Assembly (NCBI GenBank): GCA_963712235.1 | Contig: CAVQHC010000009.1 | Coordinates: forward strand, 9,086-73,085 | Source of the DNA: an uncultured delta proteobacterium | GTDB lineage: Bacteria; Myxococcota_A; Polyangia; Polyangiales; Houyiibacteriaceae | Direction of reading: 5' to 3' | Length of the DNA stretch: 64,000 nt | Part shown: positions 50,772 to 59,766 of the stretch, piece after piece | How positions within the stretch are numbered: the stretch's first letter is position 1 | Layout of the letters: each line of letters starts with the position of its first letter | The notes under the pieces: generated by a model | The model's input: the letters and a program-made list of their open reading frames with translations, nothing else | Databases searched by the model: none | Told to the model about the DNA's origin: nothing | Made by a program: the position numbers and the translations under genes

Positions 50772-51577
50772 CTACCGGGGAATCCCCATCACGTCGGCCA
50801 TGTCATAAAGGCCGGCGGGTCGGCCGACGACCCAGCGCGCCGCACGTACCGCCCCTCGGGCGAAGATCGAACGGTCCGTGGCACGGTGGGTGAGCTCGAT
50901 GCGTTCGCCCTCGCCGACCAGGTAGAGGGTGTGCTCGCCAACGACGTCACCGCCGCGCAGCGCCATGACTCCGACCTCCTCGAGCGGTCGGGCGCCAACC
51001 TGACCGCTCCGTCCGTGGCTCACCACGCGCTCCGGGTCGAGTTGCTTCGCTGCGGACACCACCTCGGCGAGCCGGACCGCCGTGCCGCTGGGCGAGTCGA
51101 CCTTGTGCCGATGATGAATCTCGACAATCTCGGCATCGAATGCCTGGCCCAAGAGCTCGGTCGCGCGTGCTGCGAGGAAATACAATGCGTTGATGCCTTG
51201 GCTGTAGTTGGGCGCAAAGACGATCGGCACGCGCTCGGCGGCCCTTTCGAGGCCCCCCGGGTCGATGCATCGAGCCCGGTCGTTCCGATTACCATAGGGA
51301 TGTGCTGCCCGGCGCACAGCGGCATGAGCTTTGTGGTGGCCGAGGGGATGCTGAAGTCGATGACGACTTCGACGTTGCTCAGAAACTCCTCGACGTCGGA
51401 TGTGATGCAAACGCCCGAGGGCGCCGCTCCGATGAGCACACCCATGTCCCGGCCGATCAGCTCGCAGCCTTCACGGTCCATCGCGGCGACGAGATTGGCG
51501 TCGAGGTCGTCGGTCAAGACCGCAGCAATGCTTTGCCCCATCCGGCCCGCTGCTCCGTGGATCGCAACTTGCGCCAT
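50772..51577 (-). pseudogene. dapB: 4-hydroxy-tetrahydrodipicolinate reductase, frameshifted as sequenced (probable homopolymer indel)
   Basis: MAQVAIHGAAGRMG...MVIGTTGLDAS lies in one frame. ...VPIVFAPNYSQGIN...EIVEIHHRHKVDSPSGTA lies in another. They meet at the C6 run 51253-51258. Confidence 0.85.
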
Positions 51578-51620
51578 GGCCAGGGCATCGCAGATGCGGC
51601 GACGAGCGTCAATCGACTGG

Positions 51621-52781
51621 CTAGGTCGAGGAGCGGCCGGCGCTGAGCTCGACCAAACGGTCGATGAGGAAGCCACTCTGCTCGAGCGCTTCTTCGGTGA
51701 AGGCACCAAAGAACGCGCGAACGTCGACGAAGACCTGGTCGAAGGCATCCTGGTCGCCGTCCGCCAGGATCTGCGCCAAATCGGTCGCGGCCGCCCGAAA
51801 GACTTCGATCACTCGCTTGGAGTCGGGGTTGAACATCTCGATCGGCCCGTAGAGGTCAGACGACTGAGCGAAATGTCGGCCGGTCACATAGGCTTCGAGA
51901 AGGTAGGCCGGCGAGGTAAAGCGAAGCGTTTCCTCGAGCGTCGCACCCGAGCGGCTCAACGCCATTCCCAGCACCTGTGTCTTGAAGTGGTGCAAGACCT
52001 GAACGATCGCCATCATCGAGTCGTGGTCGGCCGGGGTCGCTTCGGTGATGACCAGACCCCGAGCGCTGAACATCTGCCGAACCCAATCGAGCCAAGCGTC
52101 CCCGCGTCCCGGACAGATCACCACCCTCTGCCCTTGATAGGTATTGACACCCGGGCCGAACATCGGGTGGGTGCCGACGACGCTCGCCTCGGTCGACGCC
52201 AACATCGCCGCCACCGGGTCGGCCTTGATCGAGGTCACGTCCATCAGGAGAGCATCTTTGCGCACCAGCGGGCCTAGCGACTCGATGACCGACCGTGTCT
52301 CCCGAATTGGCACACTGATGATCACCACGTTCGCTTTCGACGCGGCCTCTGCAGGCCGCAGCTCGGTGTGGAGGTCGGCGCTCAGCACCTCGTGCCCAAG
52401 ATCGGAGAACAAGGTGCGGAGCGAGCTCCCCATGCCCCCCTCGCCGCCGATGATCGCGACCGTCTGCGACTGGACGTCCAACGGGACCTCCGTACGCAGC
52501 GCTGCTTGCCGCTCACGGCTCATGAGCATCAGCTGGCGCCAAATCGACTCGATGCTCTCGGCGGAGAGCCCAAGCTCATCGGCCCGTGCACAGCGATCGT
52601 CGAGAACCCGGCGCTCACGGGCGAGGTCGCGGATTCGAACGCGGTGTGAACGCTTGCGCGCCGCGATGTCCGCCACGATGCTCATTCGCCGGACCAGCAG
52701 CTCCAGCAATTCGTGGTCGAGGGCGTCGAGCGCTCCTCGTAGCTCCAGAAGCGGGCCTTTGTCTGGATTCTCGTCGGTCAT
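51621..52781 (-). CDS. tyrA: Bifunctional chorismate mutase / prephenate dehydrogenase
   Basis: N-terminal CM_2 helix (LRGALDALDHELLELLVRRM..A..K) followed by the VAIIGGEGGMGSS Rossmann motif and a PDH domain. Confidence 0.88.
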   Translation of the reverse strand: MTDENPDKGPLLELRGALDALDHELLELLVRRMSIVADIAARKRSHRVRIRDLARERRVLDDRCARADELGLSAESIESIWRQLMLMSRERQAALRTEVPLDVQSQTVAIIGGEGGMGSSLRTLFSDLGHEVLSADLHTELRPAEAASKANVVIISVPIRETRSVIESLGPLVRKDALLMDVTSIKADPVAAMLASTEASVVGTHPMFGPGVNTYQGQRVVICPGRGDAWLDWVRQMFSARGLVITEATPADHDSMMAIVQVLHHFKTQVLGMALSRSGATLEETLRFTSPAYLLEAYVTGRHFAQSSDLYGPIEMFNPDSKRVIEVFRAAATDLAQILADGDQDAFDQVFVDVRAFFGAFTEEALEQSGFLIDRLVELSAGRSST

Positions 52782-52826
52782 GGCTTGGTTTTACATCGAA
52801 GAAGGGCGTACGCATAATGCGCGCCC

Positions 52827-54095
52827 GTGAGACGACTGCAACTCCATCATTGGATCCTGATTGCAATGGGTCTAGGCGCGGCCCTCGGGCTGGGTCTCAA
52901 CTGGGCCGGTGCCCAGGGCCTGGTCGATGCGAGCATCGTCGGCGACGTCGCCACGGTCGGCAAGCGGATCGGGGACCTCTTCCTCCGGCTCCTGCAGATG
53001 CTGGTCGTCCCTCTGATCGTTTCGTCGCTGATCACCGGAGTGACCGGCATGGGAGACCTCCGCACGCTTGGCTCGATCGGGGGGCGGGCCATCGGTTTCT
53101 ATCTAACGACGAGCTTCCTGGCGATCGTCACGGGTGTCGCCGTGGTGAACATCATCCGTCCCGGCGAAGGGGCCGAGCTTGCCCTGCTCGAAGAGGGTGC
53201 CGCCACCAAGCCGCTGTTGATCGAGACGCCGAGTAGCATCGGTGTCGTCCTTTGGGAACAGCTCGAGAGCTTGATCCCGAAGAACCCGCTCGCCGCGGCA
53301 ACCGAGGGCGACATGCTGCCCGTGATTTTCTTCTCCTTGCTGATCGGGGTTTTCATCGGGATCGCTGAACACCGCGAGGGCTCGAAGGATGCCAGCGTCG
53401 TCCGGCGTTTCTTCTCCGGCCTCTTCGACGTGATGATGCAGATGACGCTCTTCGTCGTGAGGTTCGCGCCGATCGGCGTATTCGGCTTCACGCTGTACGC
53501 GGCCGCGGGCAAAGGCCCAGCAGCGTTTCGGGTCCTCGGCTGGTACGCGCTCACGGTCTTCATCGCCCTCCTGATTCACGCAGTCGTCACCCTCCCGCTC
53601 ATCTTGAAGCTGCGAACCGGCCGCTCGCCCATCGAGTACGCCCGTCAGCTCCTGACCGCACTGGTGACGGCGTTCAGCACAGCCTCGAGCAACGGCACCC
53701 TCCCGCTAACGATGGAAAACGTCGAAAAGGCAGGAGTGAGACCGCAGGTCACCTCGTTCGTTCTGCCGCTCGGCGCCACGATCAACATGGACGGCACCGC
53801 ACTCTACGAAGCGGTGGCGGTTTTGTTCATTGCGCAGGTCTATGGGATCGACCTGACGATGACGCAGCAAGGTCTAGTCGCCTTGACGGCCCTGCTCGCG
53901 AGCATCGGCGCAGCGGGCATCCCGCACGCGGGGATGGTCATGATGGTCGTCGTCCTGAACGCAGTCGGACTACCCACCAGCGCGGTCGCCCTGATCCTCG
54001 CCGTAGACCGCATCCTCGATATGCTCCGAACAACGGTGAACGTCTGGTCGGACTCGATCGCAGCCGCCGTCGTCGACGCTGGGGAGCAGCGCTGA
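52827..54095 (+). CDS. Dicarboxylate/amino acid:cation symporter (DAACS family)
   Basis: SSNGTLP, GATINMDGTA and GIPHAGMV motifs typical of GltP/DctA-type carriers. Confidence 0.9.
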   Translation: MRRLQLHHWILIAMGLGAALGLGLNWAGAQGLVDASIVGDVATVGKRIGDLFLRLLQMLVVPLIVSSLITGVTGMGDLRTLGSIGGRAIGFYLTTSFLAIVTGVAVVNIIRPGEGAELALLEEGAATKPLLIETPSSIGVVLWEQLESLIPKNPLAAATEGDMLPVIFFSLLIGVFIGIAEHREGSKDASVVRRFFSGLFDVMMQMTLFVVRFAPIGVFGFTLYAAAGKGPAAFRVLGWYALTVFIALLIHAVVTLPLILKLRTGRSPIEYARQLLTALVTAFSTASSNGTLPLTMENVEKAGVRPQVTSFVLPLGATINMDGTALYEAVAVLFIAQVYGIDLTMTQQGLVALTALLASIGAAGIPHAGMVMMVVVLNAVGLPTSAVALILAVDRILDMLRTTVNVWSDSIAAAVVDAGEQR

Positions 54096-54137
54096 CGCTG
54101 GGACTGGCACCGACACTGACGCTGACGCTGACGCTGG
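54090..54137 (+). repeat. Imperfect (CGCTGA)n hexanucleotide tract overlapping the transporter stop codon
   Basis: CGCTGA CGCTGG GACTGG CACCGA CACTGA CGCTGA CGCTGA CGCTGG. Confidence 0.9.
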
Positions 54138-54191
54138 CAAAGACCTACCCACCCCTCCCCGAGTTCGATATCCTTTGCAAAGGGGGTTGCC

Positions 54192-54743
54192 GTGCAGAAA
54201 GAACCGGGGGCGAGACAAGGCTGGGATGCGATTCGCGGGCCCCTGCTGGTCACGCTCGGCATCACGATCGCGCTGACCCTGCGCGTCGCCCTGGTGTGGT
54301 CGGAGCTACCCGAAACGATGGCCTCCCACTTCGGCGCAGGTGGCAGACCGAACGACTATATGTCCAAGGTGCCGTTCTTCTGGTTGTTGGCTGCGTCGGC
54401 GGGCGGGAGCGTCGCGATCGTGTTTGCCGCCGCGGGGATGCTCAAACGGCTTCCCGCGCGCTGGATCAACATTCCGAATCGCGACTACTGGCTCGCAACC
54501 GACGAACGGCGTGAAGTCGCGATGAATCGCATCGCCGCCCCGATGGCTTGGATCGGGCTACTCACCGCCGCCCTCCTGGCGGTCGCCGTGGAATTCACCA
54601 TCGAGGCGAACCTCGAGCAGAGCCATTTCGCAAACGACGTGTTCATCGTGATGATGGTCGGGTATCTGCTCCTGGTTGCCGCGATCACGATATGGATGGT
54701 TCGGGACCTCTCGAAGTTAACGAACACCGGCGCCGACGCCTGA
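54192..54743 (+). CDS. DUF1648-type membrane protein
   Basis: LPETMASHFGAGGRPN motif after the first TM helix, with four predicted helices. GTG start. Confidence 0.6.
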   Translation: MQKEPGARQGWDAIRGPLLVTLGITIALTLRVALVWSELPETMASHFGAGGRPNDYMSKVPFFWLLAASAGGSVAIVFAAAGMLKRLPARWINIPNRDYWLATDERREVAMNRIAAPMAWIGLLTAALLAVAVEFTIEANLEQSHFANDVFIVMMVGYLLLVAAITIWMVRDLSKLTNTGADA

Positions 54744-55775
54744 GCTCCGCGCGACGCCCTTCGCCAACCGACTCGGCAACCACGGCCCCTCGTAAACGAA
54801 GGCCGTGTAGATCTGTACCAGGGTGGCTCCGGCATCGAGCGCTTCCCTGGCCTGTTCCGGGGTTTCAATTCCACCGACGGAGATCAGAACCATTTCGCGG
54901 CCCACTCTGGCGCGCAGTCGCTGGAGTACCTCCATCGAGCGCTCCCGCAGCGGCGGACCGCTTAGTCCGCCGGCGCCACAGCGTTCGACATCGTTCGCAG
55001 AGCTTGCGAGACCGTCCCGCGAAATCGTCGTGTTGGTGGCAATGATGCCGTCGAGAGCGAGTTCGAGCGTGAGGTCCGCAACCGCATCGACGTCCTCGTC
55101 GGCCAAGTCGGGGGCGATTTTGACCAGCAATGGGACGGGCCGGCCCGGAGACACTTCATTAAGTACTTCCTGAACCGCGCCGAGCAGCGGGCGCAGCTTT
55201 TCGGTGGCCTGGAGGTTGCGTAGACCCGGAGTGTTGGGCGAGCTCACGTTCACTACGACGTAGTCGGCGTATGGCCCCACCCGCTTGGCGCTCGAGACAT
55301 AGTCGCCGACCGCTTCCTCGTCGGAGACGACCTTCGTCTTGCCGATGTTGACCCCGACAATCGTTTGGTGCGGTTGCTGCAATCGGGCCACCGCATCTGC
55401 CGAACCGCGGTTGTTGAAGCCGAGGCGGTTGACCAGCGCCCGGTCCTTCGGAAGCCGAAACAGGCGCGGCTTGAGGTTTCCGCGCTGAGCCTGCCCCGTG
55501 AGCGTTCCGACCTCGACAAAGCCGAAGCCCATGGCGCCCAGCGCCTCGTAGCCGACCGCGTCTTTGTCGAAGCCTGCGGCCAAACCGATTGGATTGGGGA
55601 AGTCGAGCCCGAGGGCGCGAACGCGCGCCGAATCGCCCGCCTGGTGAAACACGCGTCGCATCAAGGTGAGCATCCCCGGAATTGCGGCGAGCAAGCGGAG
55701 GCCGCCAAACGCCAGATGATGAGCGGCCTCTGCGGGCAAGAGATACAGCAGTGGGCGAATCAGCGCCTTGTACAC
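54717..55775 (-). CDS. pyrD: Dihydroorotate dehydrogenase (quinone)
   Basis: [25 protein letters not shown] and GGI motifs. The GTG at 55775 has a GAGGGG Shine-Dalgarno-like sequence 3 nt upstream and aligns with MYY..VR N-termini. The longest ORF start is 55814. Confidence 0.9.
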   Translation of the reverse strand: MYKALIRPLLYLLPAEAAHHLAFGGLRLLAAIPGMLTLMRRVFHQAGDSARVRALGLDFPNPIGLAAGFDKDAVGYEALGAMGFGFVEVGTLTGQAQRGNLKPRLFRLPKDRALVNRLGFNNRGSADAVARLQQPHQTIVGVNIGKTKVVSDEEAVGDYVSSAKRVGPYADYVVVNVSSPNTPGLRNLQATEKLRPLLGAVQEVLNEVSPGRPVPLLVKIAPDLADEDVDAVADLTLELALDGIIATNTTISRDGLASSANDVERCGAGGLSGPPLRERSMEVLQRLRARVGREMVLISVGGIETPEQAREALDAGATLVQIYTAFVYEGPWLPSRLAKGVARSSGVGAGVR

Positions 55776-55782
55776 AGTCCCC

Positions 55783-56844
55783 TCAACGGGCGAGCGCCGA
55801 CCATTTGGTGTCATCCCCTAGGCGCTGATCGATACGCACGTCGAACGCCTCTTCGATCGGTCCGAGAATCCCTGGATCGGTGGCATGAACCTGGCGCAAC
55901 GCGTCCCTGCAATGCGTCACGGCGGTCGCACTCATACGCCCGAGCGGTGGGCGCCTATTGGGAGAGATCATGCCGAGGCCGGCCATCATCGTTTTGAGCG
56001 GCACTGGGTTTCGGAACTTGTCGGTGACCTCGACGCTTTTGCCGTTCGGGAGGGTTCGCACAGCGCCAACCGAGCAAGTCACCAACCTGAGGATGGGCGC
56101 CAGCGCCGCGGCGAGCCGATCTGTCTCCTCATTGTCCCCGGAAACTTGGGAGCGCACCATGGACCCGATGGCACCCGGAACGATGTTCGATAGAACGCTG
56201 ATCACGCCGCTGCCGCGGATCTCGTCGTCCCGCATCATCGCGAGCGTGAGGTCATCATCCCCCGACAGGATGCTCAAGGCAGGCCCTGCGAGCTGACGGT
56301 CCAAGCGCATGCGATCCATGTCGCCGGTTGCCTGCTTGACCGCGGGCACCCGCTGAGGGTCGTTTAGGTGCAAGATCGCCAGATCGGCGGCGGAAAGCGC
56401 GCAGCCGCTGCGCCCCGGAATGATGTAGGGGACGACCGGAATGTCGGGAACGCCCTCCAAGATGGGCTCGTAGTACTCGGTGCGCAGCTCGAGGCTCGAA
56501 GGGCCGTTGTAGTAGCAATCCACGAGCAGCACCGCATTGGCTCCGGCTTCCTTCGCCTGAGTCGATGCGCGAATGGCTTCGTCGGTATTGTTGCTGCCCG
56601 TGCCCGCCAAGACGCCTGCGCGCCCTTCGACGGCACGTGCCGTTGCCTCGACGACGGCATCGTGCTCCTGCCAGGAAAGGGTTGGGGACTCGCCCGTCGT
56701 ACCGCAGGGAAGAACGCCGTCGACGCCTTCTTCGATCTGGAATTCGATGAGCCGGCGCAACGAGTCGTAATCGACCTGCTTGTCCGCAGAAAACGGAGTC
56801 GTCAGGGCGGTCCACACGCCATGAGGTCGGAAGGTCCCACTCAT
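55783..56844 (-). CDS. dapA: Dihydrodipicolinate synthase family protein (long form)
   Basis: LTTPF, GTTGES and YYN motifs, plus a possible Schiff-base Lys (VKQATGD). 353 aa with an insertion and a C-terminal tail, so the exact substrate is uncertain. Confidence 0.8.
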   Translation of the reverse strand: MSGTFRPHGVWTALTTPFSADKQVDYDSLRRLIEFQIEEGVDGVLPCGTTGESPTLSWQEHDAVVEATARAVEGRAGVLAGTGSNNTDEAIRASTQAKEAGANAVLLVDCYYNGPSSLELRTEYYEPILEGVPDIPVVPYIIPGRSGCALSAADLAILHLNDPQRVPAVKQATGDMDRMRLDRQLAGPALSILSGDDDLTLAMMRDDEIRGSGVISVLSNIVPGAIGSMVRSQVSGDNEETDRLAAALAPILRLVTCSVGAVRTLPNGKSVEVTDKFRNPVPLKTMMAGLGMISPNRRPPLGRMSATAVTHCRDALRQVHATDPGILGPIEEAFDVRIDQRLGDDTKWSALAR

Positions 56845-56927
56845 GCCGGGACCTTAGCGTTTTTCATCGCAAAGGAAAGCGGGATTGTACTTGACCAAAA
56901 CGCGAAAAAAGCCCACCAACGCGACAA

Positions 56928-58643
56928 ATGGCAGCCTTGGCCGCAGCTCTGATCCTCGGTGCGTTCGTGATCGCGTATCGATTCTACGCGCGATTTCTTG
57001 GCGAGCGCGTCTTCGAAGACCACGAGGAGCTCGTCACTCCCGCACACGCGCTCGAGGACGGCGTCGATTTCGTCCCCACGCAGCGCGCGGTGCTCTTCGG
57101 CCACCACTTCACCTCGATCGCTGGAGCGGCGCCGATCATCGGTCCTTGCGTGGCAGCCTATTGGGGCTGGGGTCCCGCGCTCGCCTGGGTGGTCCTGGGG
57201 ACGATCTTCATGGGCGCCGCACACGACTTCGGCGCACTGGTCGCCAGCGTGCGGGAAAAGGGCCATTCGATTGCGGAGATCACGGCGAAGACGATTAGCA
57301 ACCGAGCCCGCATTCTGTTCATGTGCTTCGTCCTGGTCCTGATTTGGCTCGTTCTCGCGGTCTTCTCCATGGCGATCGCGGGGCTTTTCGTCAGCCAACC
57401 CACGAGCGTGATCCCGATCAACATTCAAATCCTGGTTGCCATCGTGATCGGCTGGCTAGTCTACAAGCGGCGGGTGAGAATCCTTTGGCCGTCCCTGATC
57501 GCCCTCGCCGTGCTCTACTTCTTCGTGTGGGTCGGAACCGAGGTGCCTATCGACTTCGTCGCGATGGGCTTTGACAAGCACGCGGTCACGACGGGCTGGA
57601 TCTTATTTCTGCTCGTGTATTCGGCCATTGCGAGTCTCTTGCCGGTCTGGCTGCTGCTGCAGCCTCGCGACTACATCAACAGTCACCAGCTCTTCGTGGG
57701 CCTCGGCCTGCTGTTTCTCGGCGTTCTCATCGCACACCCGAGCTTCGACGCTCCGATGTACCGGACGGCACAGGCCGGCGCGCCGTCGATCTTCCCGATC
57801 TTGTTCGTGACCATCGCATGCGGTGCGATTAGTGGCTTTCACGGCCTCGTTTCGTCCGGGACCACGTCGAAGCAGCTCGACCGCCTGCCGGATTCTCGCA
57901 TCATCGGCTACGGCGCCATGCTCGGCGAAGGCTCGCTCGCCCTCGCCTCCACCCTCGCAGCGGTCGCCGGGATTGGTCTGGTCGGCGCCTGCGCGCTTCC
58001 CGGCCAAGGAGTCGTCGATGATCTGAGCTGGGCGGTTTACTACGACAGCTGGGCACATGCCGGTGGCAACAAGGCGGCCGCGTTCGTCCTCGGCGGCGGT
58101 GCGTTTCTCGAAGCGGTGGGATTGTCCCCGGAGCTGGCGCGCACGCTGATGGCGGTTTTGGTAATCGCGTTCGCAGCGACCTCACTCGACACCGCGACAC
58201 GCATCCAGCGTTTCATTCTGAGCGAACTCGGCGAGGCGCTTCGAATCAAGCCGCTGACCAACCCGTATATCGCGACCGTCATCGCGGTCGTACCGGCGAT
58301 GTACCTGGCGCTCGCCGAAACCCCAGACCCCGCGACCGGGCAGGCTAAGGCGGTCGGATGGGTGCTCTGGCCCATCTTCGGGGCGAGCAACCAGTTGCTT
58401 GCCGCCCTTACCCTGATGACGCTTTCTCTCTACTTCTTCGCGCGGAAGCGACCGGTTTGGCCGCTGGTCATTCCAATGCTCCTGGTCATGCCGGTGGCGG
58501 GCCTCGCGCTCGTCACGAAGCTCCAACAGTTCCTCGCCGAAGGCAACGCCCCACTCACAGCATTGGCATCCCTTCTACTCGTCCTGCTTCTGTGGATGAT
58601 CGTCGAGGGGTTGATCGCGGTACAGCGCTTGAGACGCGTTTGA
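56928..58643 (+). CDS. cstA: Carbon starvation protein A
   Basis: LFGHHFTSIAGAAPIIGP and GFHGLVSSGTTSKQ motifs. Polytopic, 571 aa. Confidence 0.92.
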   Translation: MAALAAALILGAFVIAYRFYARFLGERVFEDHEELVTPAHALEDGVDFVPTQRAVLFGHHFTSIAGAAPIIGPCVAAYWGWGPALAWVVLGTIFMGAAHDFGALVASVREKGHSIAEITAKTISNRARILFMCFVLVLIWLVLAVFSMAIAGLFVSQPTSVIPINIQILVAIVIGWLVYKRRVRILWPSLIALAVLYFFVWVGTEVPIDFVAMGFDKHAVTTGWILFLLVYSAIASLLPVWLLLQPRDYINSHQLFVGLGLLFLGVLIAHPSFDAPMYRTAQAGAPSIFPILFVTIACGAISGFHGLVSSGTTSKQLDRLPDSRIIGYGAMLGEGSLALASTLAAVAGIGLVGACALPGQGVVDDLSWAVYYDSWAHAGGNKAAAFVLGGGAFLEAVGLSPELARTLMAVLVIAFAATSLDTATRIQRFILSELGEALRIKPLTNPYIATVIAVVPAMYLALAETPDPATGQAKAVGWVLWPIFGASNQLLAALTLMTLSLYFFARKRPVWPLVIPMLLVMPVAGLALVTKLQQFLAEGNAPLTALASLLLVLLLWMIVEGLIAVQRLRRV

Positions 58644-58649
58644 CGGGTG

Positions 58650-58922
58650 GCGGCCGGCTCGCGCTGCCGCGGGTGTTTGGGGCGGGAGTGTTGGGCTCGC
58701 GCCACCGCGGGTGTTTGGGGGGGGCGGGTGCGCGTGTCGCCGTGCGGCTTTCGCTGCCGCGGATGTGGTGGGGGCGGGAGTGTTGGATGGGTTGACTGGT
58801 TTGGTTTAGTTACACCGCCCGCCCACCCCCACCCGTAATCCTCCCTGGCGCGGCATTCGCTTTGCTCTGCCTTGCCGGCGCCTTCGGCGCCGGGCTTCGC
58901 CGTTCCGGGCTCGCGCTGCCGC
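58650..58922 (+). repeat. REP-like unit (58815-58922) preceded by decayed unit/spacer fragments
   Basis: This is the reverse complement of the 35439-35546 unit. The fragments repeat ..GCTGCCGCGGGTGTTTGGGGCGGG.. three times. Confidence 0.8.
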
Positions 58923-58945
58923 CTGCCGTTTGGGGCGGTTGGTAG

Positions 58946-59154
58946 TCCTGTCTCCGTATGGAGGGGCGCGGAAAAAACCCGTCATGGGGTGGAGTCGACG
59001 TAACGAGTGACAATCGGCAAGACAGCAATCACCTCCGATTGGCGCGAGTTCCGAGGCTCGGCTTGCGTGGTCCAGGCCCCCATGTGCCTCCGACCACATC
59101 TGCAAGCCGAGCCGTTCGATGGAACCCCGTGACGGGTTTTTCCGCGCCCCGGTA
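58946..59154 (+). repeat. Structured intergenic element, copy 2
   Basis: Arms at 58963-58989 and 59125-59150. Hairpins at 59011-59017/59035-59041 and at 59055-59072/59092-59113. Confidence 0.8.
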
Positions 59155-59157
59155 CGC

Positions 59158-59409
59158 CTAGCTCTTCTTCACCCGCCGATAGACCCACAAAAGCGCCAGC
59201 GAGCCCGCAATCGCGATGGCAAAGCTCCGGACGTTGAACCCCGTCACGTCGCCAAAACCGAGTTGGGTGCCGATGAAGCCACCGACCAATGCGCCCGCGA
59301 CACCGAGGGCGGTCGTCCGGATGAAGCCGCCGCCGTCCTCACCTGGCATGACGAACTTGGCGAGTATGCCCGCAAGCAAACCGAACACGATCCACGAGAT
59401 GATCCCCAT
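59158..59409 (-). CDS. GlsB/YeaQ/YmgE family stress-response membrane protein
   Basis: MGIISWIVFGLLAGILAKFVMPG... a Gly-rich three-helix protein. ATG at 59409. Confidence 0.8.
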   Translation of the reverse strand: MGIISWIVFGLLAGILAKFVMPGEDGGGFIRTTALGVAGALVGGFIGTQLGFGDVTGFNVRSFAIAIAGSLALLWVYRRVKKS

Positions 59410-59477
59410 TGAAGCCCTCCTCACCGGGGAGTGTTGAGCAGGATTGGTGTTGAGGGCCAGTGTTGGTGTTTGTTACA

Positions 59478-59733
59478 CCGCCCGCCTCGACCCGAGCCTC
59501 CGGCGGCATTCGCTTCGCTCCGCCTTGCCGGCGCATTCGCGCCGGGCTTCGCCCTTCGGGCTCGCGCTGCCGCGGGTGTTTGGGGGGCGGGTCTTGGGTG
59601 GGGGGCGTGGTGAGGTTTGATTGAACCGCCCCCGCCCACCCCCACCCGTAATCCTCCCTGGCGCGGCATTCGCTTCGCTCTGCCTTGCCGGCGCGTTCGC
59701 GCCGGGCTTCGCCCTGCGGGCTCGCGCTGCCGC
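59478..59733 (+). repeat. Two further REP-like units (59478-59573 and 59626-59733)
   Basis: Same orientation as the unit at 58815-58922. The second unit has the C-rich G4-complement block; the first does not. Confidence 0.8.
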
Positions 59734-59766
59734 GTGTTTGGTGGGGGGAGTGTGGGCTGGGTTGGT

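Noticed and set aside
54105-54122. A sigma-54 -24-like TGGCAC inside the hexamer tract
   Set aside because: The sequence five bases downstream is CTGA, not TTGC. The match is a by-product of the CTGGCA repeat variant.
58946-59154. Retron msr-msd (flanking a1/a2-like inverted repeats enclosing hairpins, in a myxobacterium-like genome)
   Set aside because: There is no reverse transcriptase ORF next to either copy. Both copies are wedged between convergent housekeeping genes. The architecture resemblance alone is insufficient.
58958-59161. A 67-aa ATG-initiated ORF exactly spanning structured element copy 2; a 66-aa counterpart (MEGRGK...FSAPR) spans copy 1 on the minus strand
   Set aside because: The two peptides agree only where the nucleotide sequence is identical (MEGRGK, SDNRQDSN, FSAPR). 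The differences are helix-compensating rather than synonymous or conservative. That argues for structure, not coding.
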